DNA from: Octopus bimaculoides
Lineage: Eukaryota
Reading direction: 5' to 3'
DNA: 60,767 nt
Assembly: GCF_001194135.2 (NCBI RefSeq)
Contig: NC_068981.1
Span: 160,003,473 to 160,064,239, forward strand
This document shows positions 38,573 through 51,449 of the stretch, in pieces. The translations under genes were made by a program, and so were the position numbers. Numbering within the stretch: position 1 is the first letter of the stretch; the number at the start of each line of letters is the position of its first letter. The notes beneath the pieces were generated by a model. It was given only the letters and a program-made list of their open reading frames with translations, was not told the DNA's origin and made no database searches.

Positions 38573-39409
38573 GTACATTCCATTTTTAGATTGGAAGCCC
38601 TTTCTGTCACTTATTTCTTTACAAAAAGGATTGGATATGTTATATAAAGCTATTGGCACTAAAAAGTGGTAGGATTAAAGAGTCCCATTTAACCTTTGTT
38701 AGGTCTTATTCCAAGTTACTGTTTTCTTAGGTGGGTTGCCAGTGATGCAGCTGGCAGAATCCATTGGCTAATCCTCTAGTCACCATTTATGTTTCTTTTC
38801 CTTGCTCTTATTTGCATACATAATAGATCATTGATATTTACACATGCATATGTATTTGCTTGAAATTAGGGGATAGTCTTAAACACATGCTACAAGCATT
38901 CACATATACATACTTACAAATATCTATATGCCTGCACGTGCATGCATACACACACACACACTACCACACACATATTCTTAGGAGATCTGTTAAGCAATAT
39001 TTTATATTTACACCAATAAACTTGAAAAAATATCTTAGAACAATTTCATAAAGCATTTTGATAAAAAGTAAATAGTTTTATGGAGAATCTTCATCCAATA
39101 TATCAGCCTGAAGCTAATATTCAGGCATCTTTTCCAAACATACCAAAAAAATATATAAATCAAATGCACAAACCCTGGAGATATATTGAATGTCTTTCAA
39201 TATGCATATTTTTGCTGGGAATTTACAGATTATATTTATTTATTTAATGCCACCATTTTTGGAAAATAACATACTTTGCAACTTTTTGAAAAAAAAATCA
39301 ACCATTTAACATAACTAAATGAAAGACATTTTTAGTCATCTTTGATGTGTTGCTTTCTTTGGAGGGACACATGCATACACACCTATGCATGCACACATAC
39401 ACACACACA

Positions 39410-39790
39410 CATACACAGTATCCTCATCCACTGTTTTTATGTCTGCTTTTTCCATACTAGCACAGATTAGACAGGAGTTAACAACAGGAAGGGCATAGAG
39501 AAGTTTTTTACATCCAGATGCCTTTCCTGTTGACAACCTTTACTTTTTATTCAAGTAAAGTAGCTTTATTGCATTGGTTTTTGCATGAAAGTAACAATAC
39601 CAATGAGCTAGTTTTGTATACACACCTACTCATGTATAGACATGGTGAGCTTCTATGCAGTTTCCATTTATCAAATTTCACTCAAGGGTTTTGGTTAGTG
39701 TGAAGCATAATAGACAACACTTGTCCAAGGTGCCATACAGAAGGATGTAACTTAAAGCAGAGTAGTTGAAAAGCAAACTATTTCTCAGCC
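39410..39790 (-). mobile_element. Degraded SINE with RTE-type tail
   Basis: catccagatgcctttcctgttgacaacc tail motif; cttgtccaaggtgcc head motif. Confidence 0.6.
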
Positions 39791-39924
39791 ACATAATCAT
39801 GCCTGTAAGGCATGTGTGTGTGTGCATGCATATGCATGTATGTGTGCTTGCAAGCATGTGTGTGCATGCATGCATACATGCATGCACGTGTGTGTGTGCA
39901 TGCATGTGTGTGGTGTAGCCACCC

Positions 39925-41760
39925 ATATGGTTAATCAGGTTAACAGGGAAGGTCTCGTAACCAACAACTGGTGTAGGAGCATTAGAGTCAACTGCTACAA
40001 AAGTAACAGAGATACCTTAGACAAAAGTAATTACAGAGATATCAACTTGATGGACCATGTCATGAAAGTTACTGAAAGAGTCATAACTCAACTAATTAAG
40101 AAGAGAGTTAACCTACATACGATGCAGTTTGATTTTGTGTCACAGAGAAGCACTTCTGAAGTTATCTTCCTGGTAAGGCAACTGCAAGAAAAGCATGTAG
40201 TCAAAAATTAACTATTGTACTTGGCATTTGTCAACATGGAGAAAGTCTTTGATAGGGTCCCTTACTCTCTCATCAGCTGATTGCTGTGGAAGCTAGGGAT
40301 AGATGAATGGCTGGTGAGAGCCATCCAAGCTGTGTACAGGGTTGATGCCTGTAAGGTGAAAGTCAGCAATAAATATAGCAAGGAGCTTAATGTTCAAGTA
40401 GGAGTCCACCAGGGCTTGGTTTTCATCTCCCTTTTATTTACCATTGTCTGCTAGGCCATAACAGAGGAAGTTAAGACTGATTGCTTGTGGGAGCTCCTCT
40501 ATGCTCTATGCAGATGACCTTGTTCTTATAGCTAATTCTATAGTAGAATTAACGAAGAAATTTCAGGTATGAAAACAAGGCCTGTAATCAAAGGGCCTTG
40601 AATTAGCAAAAACTTAAGTCCTAGTAGGCAGGAAAGCAAATTACTGATCACTTCAGGGAAGTGGCTTTACTTAATATGAAGAAAAGGTGCAGGTAGAAAT
40701 TCCATATGATGTTACCCATGCAAGTTATGATTACACAAGAGGTGCAGTGGAATCACAGGGAGGTTAACATAAAAAGTAATCTTTGTGAGTGGCAGATGTG
40801 CGAGAACAATAAACTCTAAGAACATAGAGGAAATAAATTTCCTCAAATGCCCAGAGGTATCCTTCAAGGTCGTAGATAGTTTCTGTTACTTAGGTGACCT
40901 AATTAGCAGTGGAGGTCACTCTGAAATTACAGTTGCTAGAATAAGAACTAGCCAGGAAAATCTCAGAGAACTACTACCTTTGTTGGTAACAAAGAGCCAC
41001 TCCCTCAGAGTGAATGATTGTATAATGCTTGTGTATGAATAGCAATACTACATGGTAGTGAAACATGGACTGTGAATGCAGAAGACATGTGGAGACTTGA
41101 AAGAAATAAAGTCAGTATGCTCCACTGGATGTGTTCAATGTACTTGCACATTGAAATATAAATGTGTTGAGAGAAAAACTGGATATAACAAGTGTCAGAT
41201 ATGGTGTGCAAGACAGAAGACTGTTGGTATGGCATTGCAAAGTACATGGATGAAGACAGCTGCATAAAGTGCTGATTGCTAAATATGGATGGAACCTGGG
41301 GAAGCAGAAGACCCAGAAAGATGTGGGATGAAGTGATGAAAAATGACCTTCAGATGTTGAGTCTCACAGAGTAGATGACAAAAGACCAAGATGAGTGGTG
41401 ATCTGCTGTGCTTGAGAAGACCTGTCCATCTGAGTTAAAATGTAACCCTAAAGGCACATCATTTATGTCTATGCTCCTACACCCAATCTGTCCTTGACAA
41501 ATCTCTCCCACACAACTCATCTTCTTAACACCCCCTCTCTCCACCCATACATTGCATTCCCCTCCCCTCTATCACCCACTCTGTTTTTGCACTCTTTCAA
41601 ACTTACCACACACAATCTGGCTCTGAAGAGGCTATCTCTCTCTCCCCAGCAACTCATGTTCTGAACCATCCTGCCTCCACCTGTATTCATTCACAGCATT
41701 TTGCTCTCCACTATCTCCCATCTGCCAACTGGAAAAAGAAAGAGAAGAGAGAGAGAAGAT
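39925..41760 (+). mobile_element. 5'-truncated RTE LINE (RT and 3' UTR), pseudogenised
   Basis: NYRDINLMDHVMKVTERVI, VRQLQEK, MEKVFDRVP, GVHQG, YADD at 40507, YLGDLI and LHGSETW motifs. Confidence 0.92.
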
Positions 41761-42593
41761 GGTGAAGAAAATGTGTCAGGGTGCACTCTCAACTTACATG
41801 GAGAGGTATATAAGTGAAGAGATGAAGAGGATTAGATTTGATAAGTGGGCAGAATCATTTAGATGGATTAGGACTCAAAAGCCTAAAAGTGGTCAAAACT
41901 GCCCTCTCTTCCTTCTTCTCATTGACACCAAAAGACTTTTTCAACAATGAAATTTTTTTTTAAATGATGTGTAGATAGAAGGAAGTCATCAATAATGAGG
42001 AAATTATATACAGGATTAAATTTTAATAAAATGTAAAATTAGATCACTTTTTCCCCCCCACATCCAAAATTCAGACACTACTTATGGGATGACCTGATAT
42101 ATCAGTATGTTGAATTTTGGTTTGTAGTTTGCTTATTAATAAGCTTTCTATAGTTGTCCTCATTTTTTTTTATAACAAACAGCAATGCAGTCAAAATATA
42201 AAGAGGTTGAATTTAAATTACCCTGCTAGTCCCATGAGACCTTTAGTAATAAAAGTGTTATGAAAAGCTGTATTAGCATAAAATCTATTCTTATTTTAGT
42301 TGTGCTCCAAAAAGGACAATTACTTGTTTGAATTTTTAGCTGGAATGATTTCATTTCATTTTCATTGCAATTGCTCTCAGGAAAGGCACTAAAACTTGCC
42401 ACCCACTCTTTCATAAAAAATATCTTAGGTTTTGTTGCTGTTTAAGAAATATACACAAATGAATACCATAGAGTACAGGTATTTTCTTAGTATACTTGGT
42501 ATACTAAGTATACTATGTATGCTTGGTAAGCTCTTAGTATACAATGTTCACAGACAAGGTTCTATTTCCATTAAGCCATTTCATTTTACTCAC

Positions 42594-42736
42594 ATTTCTA
42601 ATATACTCCAGCCAGGCATGAACATTACAAGTTCCATTCTTCCTTCTCTTATAAAATATCCAGACCCTATGGGCATATAAGAAACAATCACTTGTCTTGA
42701 TTTCTTTATAAATCTTGTTGATATGATAACCTTTAG
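42594..42736 (-). CDS. Candidate 143-nt exon, unknown protein
   Basis: T-rich NAGNAG acceptor (tttacaagcag) and donor AT|GTGAGT; two frames fully open (KGYHINKIYKE...WLEYIRN and LKVIISTRF...GWSILE). Confidence 0.4.
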
Positions 42737-44579
42737 CTGCTTGTAAATATTTGAAAAAATAAATCAGTTGTTCAAATAATTAATTAGTTCAAAATAAGTA
42801 ATCGTTATTTTGGTATGCTTGGCAAGTTATTTTGTTTATTGCTTTCTTTTTGCTTTTCTAATTATCATCCAATATTTTATTTTTCAAACTGTGAACCACC
42901 AATAATGCGATGGAGCAGCAACATCATAAAAGCATCGGATACAATGCCTCGTAGTATTCAGTTACATCCCTTTACATTCTACAAAGTTCAAATCTGCAAA
43001 GGTCAGCTTTGCCTTTTATCTTCCTGGTGTCGATTTAATAGATTGTACCATCTCCCATCTGATGAAAAAATTGTAGCTTTGTACCAATAATACCAAAATA
43101 TTAAAACTATCTGAAGCAATATCATAGATTTTACTTCTGAAGTTTTTTCTTTTTTAAGTGTGCTTCATTGAGCTAATATATTATTAGTATCACTATAAAT
43201 TAGTGAGTCTATCACTAAGTTTTATTAATTCATTAGCAACTGATGATCTGATGAAAGCAATTGAATTGGCATGTTCAATACTTGTTGTTGGAATGTTGTT
43301 CACAATAGAAATCTGGTTGTAGAGAATATCTTACTAGAGGTGGTATATTATATTAATATTGATTTCTTATATTAGAATAATACAATCACAACTGCTAAAG
43401 TCAATCAAGTGATTGGCAACCAGCTATCCAAATGATAAAAACACTTAGCACTCATTGGCTCATTTTAGTATTTATTCTGTAAATGGGAATTATAGGAGCA
43501 CTGTTTAATTAAAAAGTGTTTCATTAGTACACAGTCCTAAGTTCAAACATCCTATAGGCCTAAAAAAATCCCCTGAAACTAGCTTTCTGAAATTTTGTTG
43601 ATAACATTGCAAATAAAATGAAACTTCACACTTTGAAAGTGTACTGTGTGACTTTTAGTAATAGAATTTTCTTTGACTGAAGATTTCACAAGTCTCTTTC
43701 ATGTGTTAAAATACTTCTTACTAGTGGTGTATACAGCTTTATATGTGATTTCCACTCATTTAAAATCATTTCTACTGCTTGATTTACCTGCTTAAATCTT
43801 GCATTAATCTATTTTTCTTTGCATCAGAGAATTTTTCTTTTTCATTTACTTAAAGCTAGCATTTTTTTAAAGCTTAACATTTTACAGAATCAATATATTA
43901 GGCAGAAGTATTATTTAGCTATTACAATGGGCACTAACATACTTAATGAAATGAGTCAACAAATTTTAATCAATTAAGATTATAACTTTAGGGAAGAGAA
44001 AAACTCATTATCTCAAAGTTAATTTATAAAGAAAAATATGTAGCAGTGGTGTGAAACTGATGCTTATCAGTAATGGGACAATTTTGACTTGTTTCTATCT
44101 TATTAAACCTCATCAGTGTAGCAGAGTATAGTTGTTATTGCCAGATCTTGGTTAACTAAGGACCTTCCAAGAATCTCTACAACTTTGTCTATTCTATGCA
44201 TTCAGCCTCTGTTCAGTTGCAACATCTCTCTCTCTCTCTCTCTCTCTTTGCATTATTCTCAGCCAAATAAGTCTAGAGCTTTCTATTTTACTGGTACCTT
44301 GAACTGTTCATATAACTGTTCATCTTACTACCTTGTCACGAGGCTGGGATTGAAGCACATATCCCAAACATCACCATGTACTTCTGCACCTATATATATA
44401 TTACTTTCAATGCACTTCTCACAAAATCATGTCATTTGATCCCTAATATTCTTTGAAAAGCTTCATTTCAAAGACTCCAAGAAAATTAACTACTATTTGA
44501 TTGCTATGTTATAACTCCTTTTCATATGTTAAAATACACCCCCGCCCATCCCTGCACCTTCCCTGACCATCACTGCCGT

Positions 44580-45214
44580 CAGGGCGGTGATGCCCACTCT
44601 GAAACCCTGACAGACAAAGATTTGTTGGAGTTAATGAAGTCTGCCAGTGAAGAGGAGGAGGAAGTGCCAAATCCAGAGGAAGAGGAGGAGGAGGTGGGCC
44701 TGGTAATCGAACGCTTGTCTGGCCTTTTAAGGACAGCAAAGGAATTGCAAGGGAAGGCAGAAGCATAGGATCCCTGTATGGTTTGGTCTCTCCAATTTGA
44801 TAATGTCATCGATGCTGCCATGCAGACATATAAAATTCTCCTCACCACCATGAAGAAACGACAGCAACTTCTCATTACAATGTTCCTCAAGCCCACCCAG
44901 GAAAGCCTTGCACAAAGATACGACATCCCCTAAAACACCTGAAGAGCTTTAAATCTTCTTTCCTGTGCAGTCATTACCTTCATTAGTTTCATCATCATTG
45001 TCTTAAATCAATATCATTCATTATTGGTGAGTAACAGTACATTTTACTTTAATTTTTATTAAATTATTATTAAATATCATATATATATATTTATATTTTA
45101 CATTATATTTTGACATTTATAGGCATTTTTATGGACCACATCAAATATTTGCGGTTTTTCACTATTCACTGGTACTCTAAGAACATAACCCCCACGAATA
45201 CCGGGGGACTACTG
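44580..45214 (+). mobile_element. Tigger/pogo transposase C-terminus and right TIR
   Basis: HSETLTDKDLLELMKSASEEEEE...ERLSGLLRTAKELQ...KKRQQL.ITMFL; ends gggggactactg. Confidence 0.8.
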
Positions 45215-45499
45215 TGTGTTAATTTCATCATTATCACTTAAAATCCACTTTTCTGTGCTTGCATAGATAGGACAGAGTTTGTTGAAGTGAATTTTCTACA
45301 GCCAGATGCCCTCCCTGTCATCACCCTGACCTATTTCTTGGCAAGATAATAAATACTTCCCCATAGCCAGACACACTTTTCATGGAAGACTGGAAACAAA
45401 CAATCTTACTTGTATAGTTATGATGTTCATTTATAATCATCAGGCAATATCCAAAGATAAACACACGTGCGTGCACACGCACACACACACACACACACA

Positions 45500-46364
45500 T
45501 ATGAGGGGGTACCTAAAAGAAACTGGAATTTTGCAATATTATTTTATTCACTTAGTTCTACATGTTAACACTTGTATCACCTTCAAAATATTCTCCATTT
45601 GAAGCAATGCATTGGTCCAGATGCATTTTCCAATGTTGGAAGCAGTGCTGGAACTCTTGCAAAGTGACACCTTTTAATGCCTCCATCGTTTCTTTCTTCA
45701 CCTCTTCCACATCTGTAAATTCTGAAGCACCAGCTTTCATTACCAGTGATGACTTTCAAAAAAAGGTTTATATCAACTTCTAATGACTGCTTTTGATCTT
45801 TTGTGAGTAAGCAGGGCACAAATTTTGCTGCAACTCTTTACTTTCACAATTCCTCACACAAAATTCACTGGCAAGAGCTCTGGGACACACCAGTCATATC
45901 AACAAGTTCATCAACTGTTCAGTGATGATCCTCCAAGATCAGTTCATGAATTTTCATTCATTCAGGAGGTTGACAGTTGCCCTGAACGAGGTTGATCTTC
46001 AAGTGACAAGTAGCCATTCCTAAACCATGAAAACCACTCGTTAAATTGTGTTTTGCTCATGGCAGCAGCCTTGTAAGCTGTTTGAAGCATGACGACTCTT
46101 TTGGCCACCGTTTTCCCCAACAGAAAACAGAATTTCAGGGAAGCATACTGTTCTTTCATTTCAGCGATCACAAAAATCGATGAACAGGAGAGAAGCACTG
46201 TAAAACATAGACACACCACATGGCAGTATGATCTCACTGGATAATGCTGGTCAGCAGACTGATGCCTGAGAGTCACATCAAGTGGCATCCAGCAGCAGAA
46301 GCCTGAACTACAATAGGCTTGTCCCACAGAGAACCTTTCCAGTTACTTTTGGGTACCCCCTTGT

Positions 46365-46365
<1 letters not shown>
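45500..46365 (-). mobile_element. Internally deleted mariner with both TIRs and TA TSD
   Basis: TIR tacaagggggtacccaaaagtaactggaa; MKEQYASLKFCFLLGKT...EWFSWF...EDQPRSGQ...FQHWKMHLDQCIASNGEYFE. Confidence 0.9.
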
Positions 46366-46444
<79 letters not shown>

Positions 46445-46466
46445 ATGTGTGTGTGTGTAGTGGATA

Positions 46467-46923
46467 TGTATCCTGTCGTAGTGAGTTGGTCTCTTGGATT
46501 TGAATAAACTGCAGAGACTCGGTAATCAGAGTATAGCTTCATTTATTTAGTAAGAATGATATTGTTTTGAGAGGACATCGAAACATATCCCTACATTACA
46601 AATGTGCATAACTCGCTATGAGTTATATGCGGAGAAATCATGTTTGCGTGATGAAAAATCACAGTATTGGTTCAGCTTGGTTGATAGCAGTGAAAGCCGC
46701 TGTTCTGGGTTGTTGCATATCTTGGCTGAGTTGATAACAGTTAAAACCACTGTTCGAACATGCAAGTCAGAAACCAAATTCGAACTGCCTATCTACTGTT
46801 CCCTGTGCTGTATTTATAGTCAGCAGCGAGGTAGACAATCTATCTTTAGCTATGGTGAAATCCTAACTAACTCAATCTAAGGCTATGAATACAATGCGTT
46901 AGTTATGTCTAGTGTCCGTTACA
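46467..46923 (-). mobile_element. Solo LTR, 457 bp
   Basis: Minus strand TGTAACG...GATACA; internal TATAAATA then AATAAA; gata/tata flanks. Confidence 0.7.
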
Positions 46924-47016
46924 TATATATACAATATTCTTAACCAATAAGCCATATGCCTTCACTATATACATATATACATAGACAAGTAGGTCTCAAA
47001 CAAATATATATGCATA

Positions 47017-47242
47017 TATGAGGGAATGCTGAAAAGTTACTGGCTTTGAGTAAAAGAAAATACAGGAAGATCGCTTAATTATGATTTTATTCAACATATT
47101 CCTCTCTCAAATTCACACATTTATTGCAACAGTTCTTCAGTTTTTCTGAGCCCTGTAAAAGAACTTGGAAGTTTGTCTCTCTAACTAACCAGGCCTTTCA
47201 TGATACCCTTAAAGCTAGGAACCTTCCAGCATCCTTCATGTA
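47017..47242. mobile_element. mariner-type MITE
   Basis: TA-flanked TIRs tgagggaatgctgaaaagttactggcttt / aaagctaggaaccttccagcatccttcatg. Confidence 0.75.
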
Positions 47243-47916
47243 TGTGTGTACATTTTTGTGTGTGTGTGCATGTGTGTGTGTGTGTGTGTGCGTGCGCGCG
47301 TGTGTGCGTGTGCATTTGTATGTTTGTGTGTGTGTGCATATGTGTATGTTGTACCTTTGTGTATGTGTGTATGTTGGCTTGGTAAGCAATGTTTGCAGAG
47401 GGGGATGAACATGTCTGTTGCAAGCTCGATGATGTCCAATGAGTTCAATTTGAGACAACAGGCACAACCATGGAATGAAGGTAGGTAGTATTGCCCTTGT
47501 CTTTCAGCTTTCTTCTTTTGTCCACAAGGATGGTCTTGCAAGTGTCTTTAATGGAAGTTGTTGCCCGGTGGACAGTGGGATGTCAAGCTTCATGGTCTGT
47601 GGCAAGAACAGACTACTGGTGGTGATCAATGTGGCAGGTACCAAGGTGCCACACAGTGGGACTGAAATCCAAGACTATACGGTTGGGAAGCAAGCTTCTC
47701 AACCACACACCCTTACTTGCACCTACTATTACATAGATGAGTTGTAGAATCAGTTGAAAAACAGAAAAAAAAATAGAAGAAAGGAATTAAATGAACAACC
47801 AAGAAAGCAATCAAAGAACTGAGTACATAATTGTAAGAGAGAGGATCAACAAGGGATACAGTAACAATTGAGAGGAATTCAGTAAGGTGGTAGATTAACA
47901 GAGTCATTGGATAAAA

Positions 47917-48223
47917 CAATGGTTCTTAACTGGGGTTCACATGACCCTTGAAAATCCATATAAGATTTTTGAGTGTCTATGCAAGCAAAATAGTAAATTG
48001 GAGACCTACACAATTATTTCAAGGGTCCATGAAAACATTTGTTATAGATGTATGTATTGCAAGGTATAGCTCAGTTTCTTTCTCTAATGTGTGAAAAACA
48101 AAATAAAAATTTTGAAAGGTGTATCTATAAAAGTAGTTTTAAACATCAAATGGCTGTTGGGATCCACCGCAGAAAAATAGTAATCAAAGGGGTCCATAGA
48201 TGAAAAATGGTTGAGAACCACTG
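47917..48223. mobile_element. hAT (Charlie-type) MITE
   Basis: TIRs caatggttcttaac / gttgagaaccactg; decayed 8-bp TSD ggataaaa / agatagaa. Confidence 0.75.
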
Positions 48224-48589
48224 AGATAGAATCTTTCATGGTATTTCTTTGGGTTCATTGCCCTCTAAGTTCAAATTACACTAAGGTCAACTTTGCCTTT
48301 CATCCTTCAGGGTGCTGCAATAAAAAAAATTACCATTCTAAGTGGATTGATTGGCAGAGCTGTCAGAAAGAGGGATGCCTTGCAATATTTGTCCTGGTGC
48401 CATGTTGTTTGGGCCTATGACAATGGCCTTTCCCTTGGACAAGATTAGTGGTATGAAGAGAGAAGACTTGCTTGCATAGGAAATAGTAAATCTTCAACAA
48501 AAACAGAAAAAAAAATCACCTTGCCCTGGCCTGCACATACATGGCCATCCCTGACTGGTGGAGGCCCTAAAGAACTGTGTTACATTTGC

Positions 48590-48793
48590 AAGCATGGCTG
48601 TGTGGTAAGAAGTTTACTTCTCAGCCACATGGTTTCAATTTCAGTCCCACCGTGTGACACCTTGGCCAAGTGTCTCTTTTACTTCTTTCAGTTTCCATCG
48701 ACCAAATTTACTCACAAAGTTTGGTCAGTCACAGGCTGACCAAACTTTGTAAGTAAATTTGGTCGATGGAAACTGAAAGAAGCTTGTTGTATG

Positions 48794-48800
<7 letters not shown>
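48590..48800 (+). mobile_element. tRNA-derived SINE containing an inverted duplication
   Basis: ggctgtgtggtaagaag head; 46-bp inverted repeat at 48683-48781. Confidence 0.85.
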
Positions 48801-48836
<36 letters not shown>

Positions 48837-50122
48837 ATAAAAAGTGGACGTCAAAACAACGGCGACGACAACGACGACGACGATGTGTATGAAGCAGTCG
48901 TTAAGTAAATTTATGAAAAAATAAATTTAATTAAGCTTAACTAATATCAATAGTGGAATAAACAACAGTAAAATAAGATGTTTAGAGAACTATTGTTTTC
49001 TATAAATATAAAGCTTGGACCTCTTTGTAAAAGCTACAGTAATTGTCTTTCCACCTCTGACGAAAGAATAATTTATGTATAAGAAGAGTATTAAATACTG
49101 AAATGGCAGTGAAACTTAGGGACCAAAACAGCTCATAACAGGAGAAGAAAAAACAAGTTTCAACATAGTATACAAGAATGATCAGAAAAATAAGACTGTG
49201 ATGCTGTGAAATGAAATTAACTGATAATTCGACTATGAAGCGGAATTGTTCTATCCTAATAAATTAGAAACATTCAGAGTTGTCTCCCTTGTATGCTTCA
49301 CCACCGAATGACGTTATCGAATTCCTTAATATTTTTACTTCAGCATCACATCTAGCTCTGGAGTGGTTATTTCTTGTGTTGAAAACATTAGAAATATTCA
49401 AATCCACTTTTATTAGTAAAGTGCGCGAAGCACATACACGTGTTTACAAAAATATTACTTATACAGGAATTATCAAGCCCAAAAGTTATATATCTGCTAT
49501 AAAAATTGAGGTTACCAGCAGTGGGGCGACTGTTCCTAGCGAACATATTTTTCAAAATTGGCGCTTTTCAATAATTTTTTTAACTCTTTAGTTACCCATA
49601 TCAGTGGTTTAAGTTTCACACATAATGGCAATATTACTGAAACATGAAATTAATGAATATAGAAATAATTATATATATTATAACTAATGAAATATTTCGC
49701 GTAATATAAGAGAAATGAGTTTTTTAAATTGTTTGGTGTCACGATGCCTTTGTTTTTATGTGCTCGCTCCGCCTAACTTTAAAACCTGGCTGCCAGAAAT
49801 GGTATTTGTCAAAAATTTTGGTTCAAGTGATAGAAACTATCCCAAAGGAGAGCTAGTATTAATTCCCTACTATGAAACTTTTACGTACAGTGAGATAAAA
49901 TATCACGTATCATTATTATAAAATATATTATTTTATTTCTCACACAGCATATGCTTACAAACTGAGAAGTTGTGATATTCATGTCTTTACCCAAGATAAT
50001 ACTGTTTTTTGAGAGTTAACCGATTCCACTTTCTAACCTGATGCTGTGGGGAAACTAAACAAGAGAGTTATTTCCCCTCCATTTCTAGACCAATAACCTT
50101 TGTTAATCGAATGTTTTGGAGT

Positions 50123-50791
50123 TACATTAGTTTGATCAATAAGTATCCGGACTGTTGCCATAGTAACGAAGATAAAGCACGCAGAATGAAGCCGCTTGGC
50201 ACAGATAGACCTTGAACTCTGCTGTGCATGCGTACTAAGTTTTATCGTTTTAACTAACTTCCACTGTTTGCAGCAGTGCTTGGAAGGAATGTGTCTAGCA
50301 CAAACTTGGCAGACACGCATTATGGACAGTATTGAACCGTAACTAATCTTCACATCCTCCAATAACTCACAGATAGTGATTCGATGATTTCCGATCACGG
50401 CTGCACGCACATCTGCGATGTTTTTCTCAGTTCTGCTGGTTGCAGGTCTCCCAAAACGTTCGTCAATATCGACATTTTTTCGGCCATCTTGGAAACGTCT
50501 GAACCATTCATACTCTTGTGTGCGGCTCATACACTCCCCTCCATGCACTTTTTGCAAATTTGTGTAGGCCTTTGAGCAGGTGTCGCCATGACAACTTTCT
50601 CTGTCACGATCACATGCTACACACCTTCCTTCCAAGCATTGCTGTAAATAGCGGAAGCTAGCTAGAATGTTAAAACTTAGTGCACATGCACAGCAGAGAT
50701 CAAGATCAATCTTTACCAAGCAGTGTCACTCTGCATGCTTTAGCTTTGTTACTATGGCAACAGTCCGGATACTTCTTGATCAGACCTTGTA
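50123..50791 (-). mobile_element. Second copy of the mariner fold-back family
   Basis: Same TIR (gatcaataagtatccggact); HTH MSRTQEYEWFRRFQDG..DIDERFGRP; about 170-bp inverted arms. Confidence 0.9.
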
Positions 50792-51449
50792 ACTTGTTTA
50801 GCAAGTGACGATCTGAGACTGTATGTTGAAATTATTCACTAACTTTTCCTCCTTTACAAGGCTCAACTACAGCTCTTCCAATCAATTATCAACTACTCCA
50901 ATTTTACTCTTCATTTTCTCTCAGATTATCAACTATTATTATTTTTCCTGACAACTTTTTCTTGAATATGTTTATATATAAAAAAAAATTTTGATTTATT
51001 ATTAAGATTGGCTTTAAATACCCGTAATGTCAAAATCAAATTGATCTGAAATTGCCTGAATTGACTGAATACTGAACTCAATAACCCAGTCCAACAAATG
51101 GCTTATCTTGAAACAGTTTAAGTAATCTGTCAAAAACATCCAGGGTGCATACTAGATACTGCACAGTAAATCATTGATATCCTTTATCTTTTTATTGAAG
51201 GAGCCATTTATTTGTTATGTCAATTTAGTGATTGTTTTATTTCTGCATTGAAATCAACTGGCTATGTTGTTTATGAATCCCACCTGCTCATCTTTTGGAT
51301 TTAAAGTTGCCTAACATGACATTCAATTGCAGTATGCACTGACAAACTACACTCTTTCCCCCTCCCTCTCTTTCTTTCTCTCTTCAACCCTCATTCTTTA
51401 AGTTCTAGTATACCTCAAAGTGTTGTTACATCTTCCATTCTTCCTTCTG

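Noticed and set aside
44526-44768. Acidic 80-aa ORF as a host gene
   Set aside because: Tigger transposase C-terminus.
50033-50719. 228-aa ORF as an active transposase
   Set aside because: Only the HTH part, start region deleted, no catalytic domain; the frame runs through the inverted arm.
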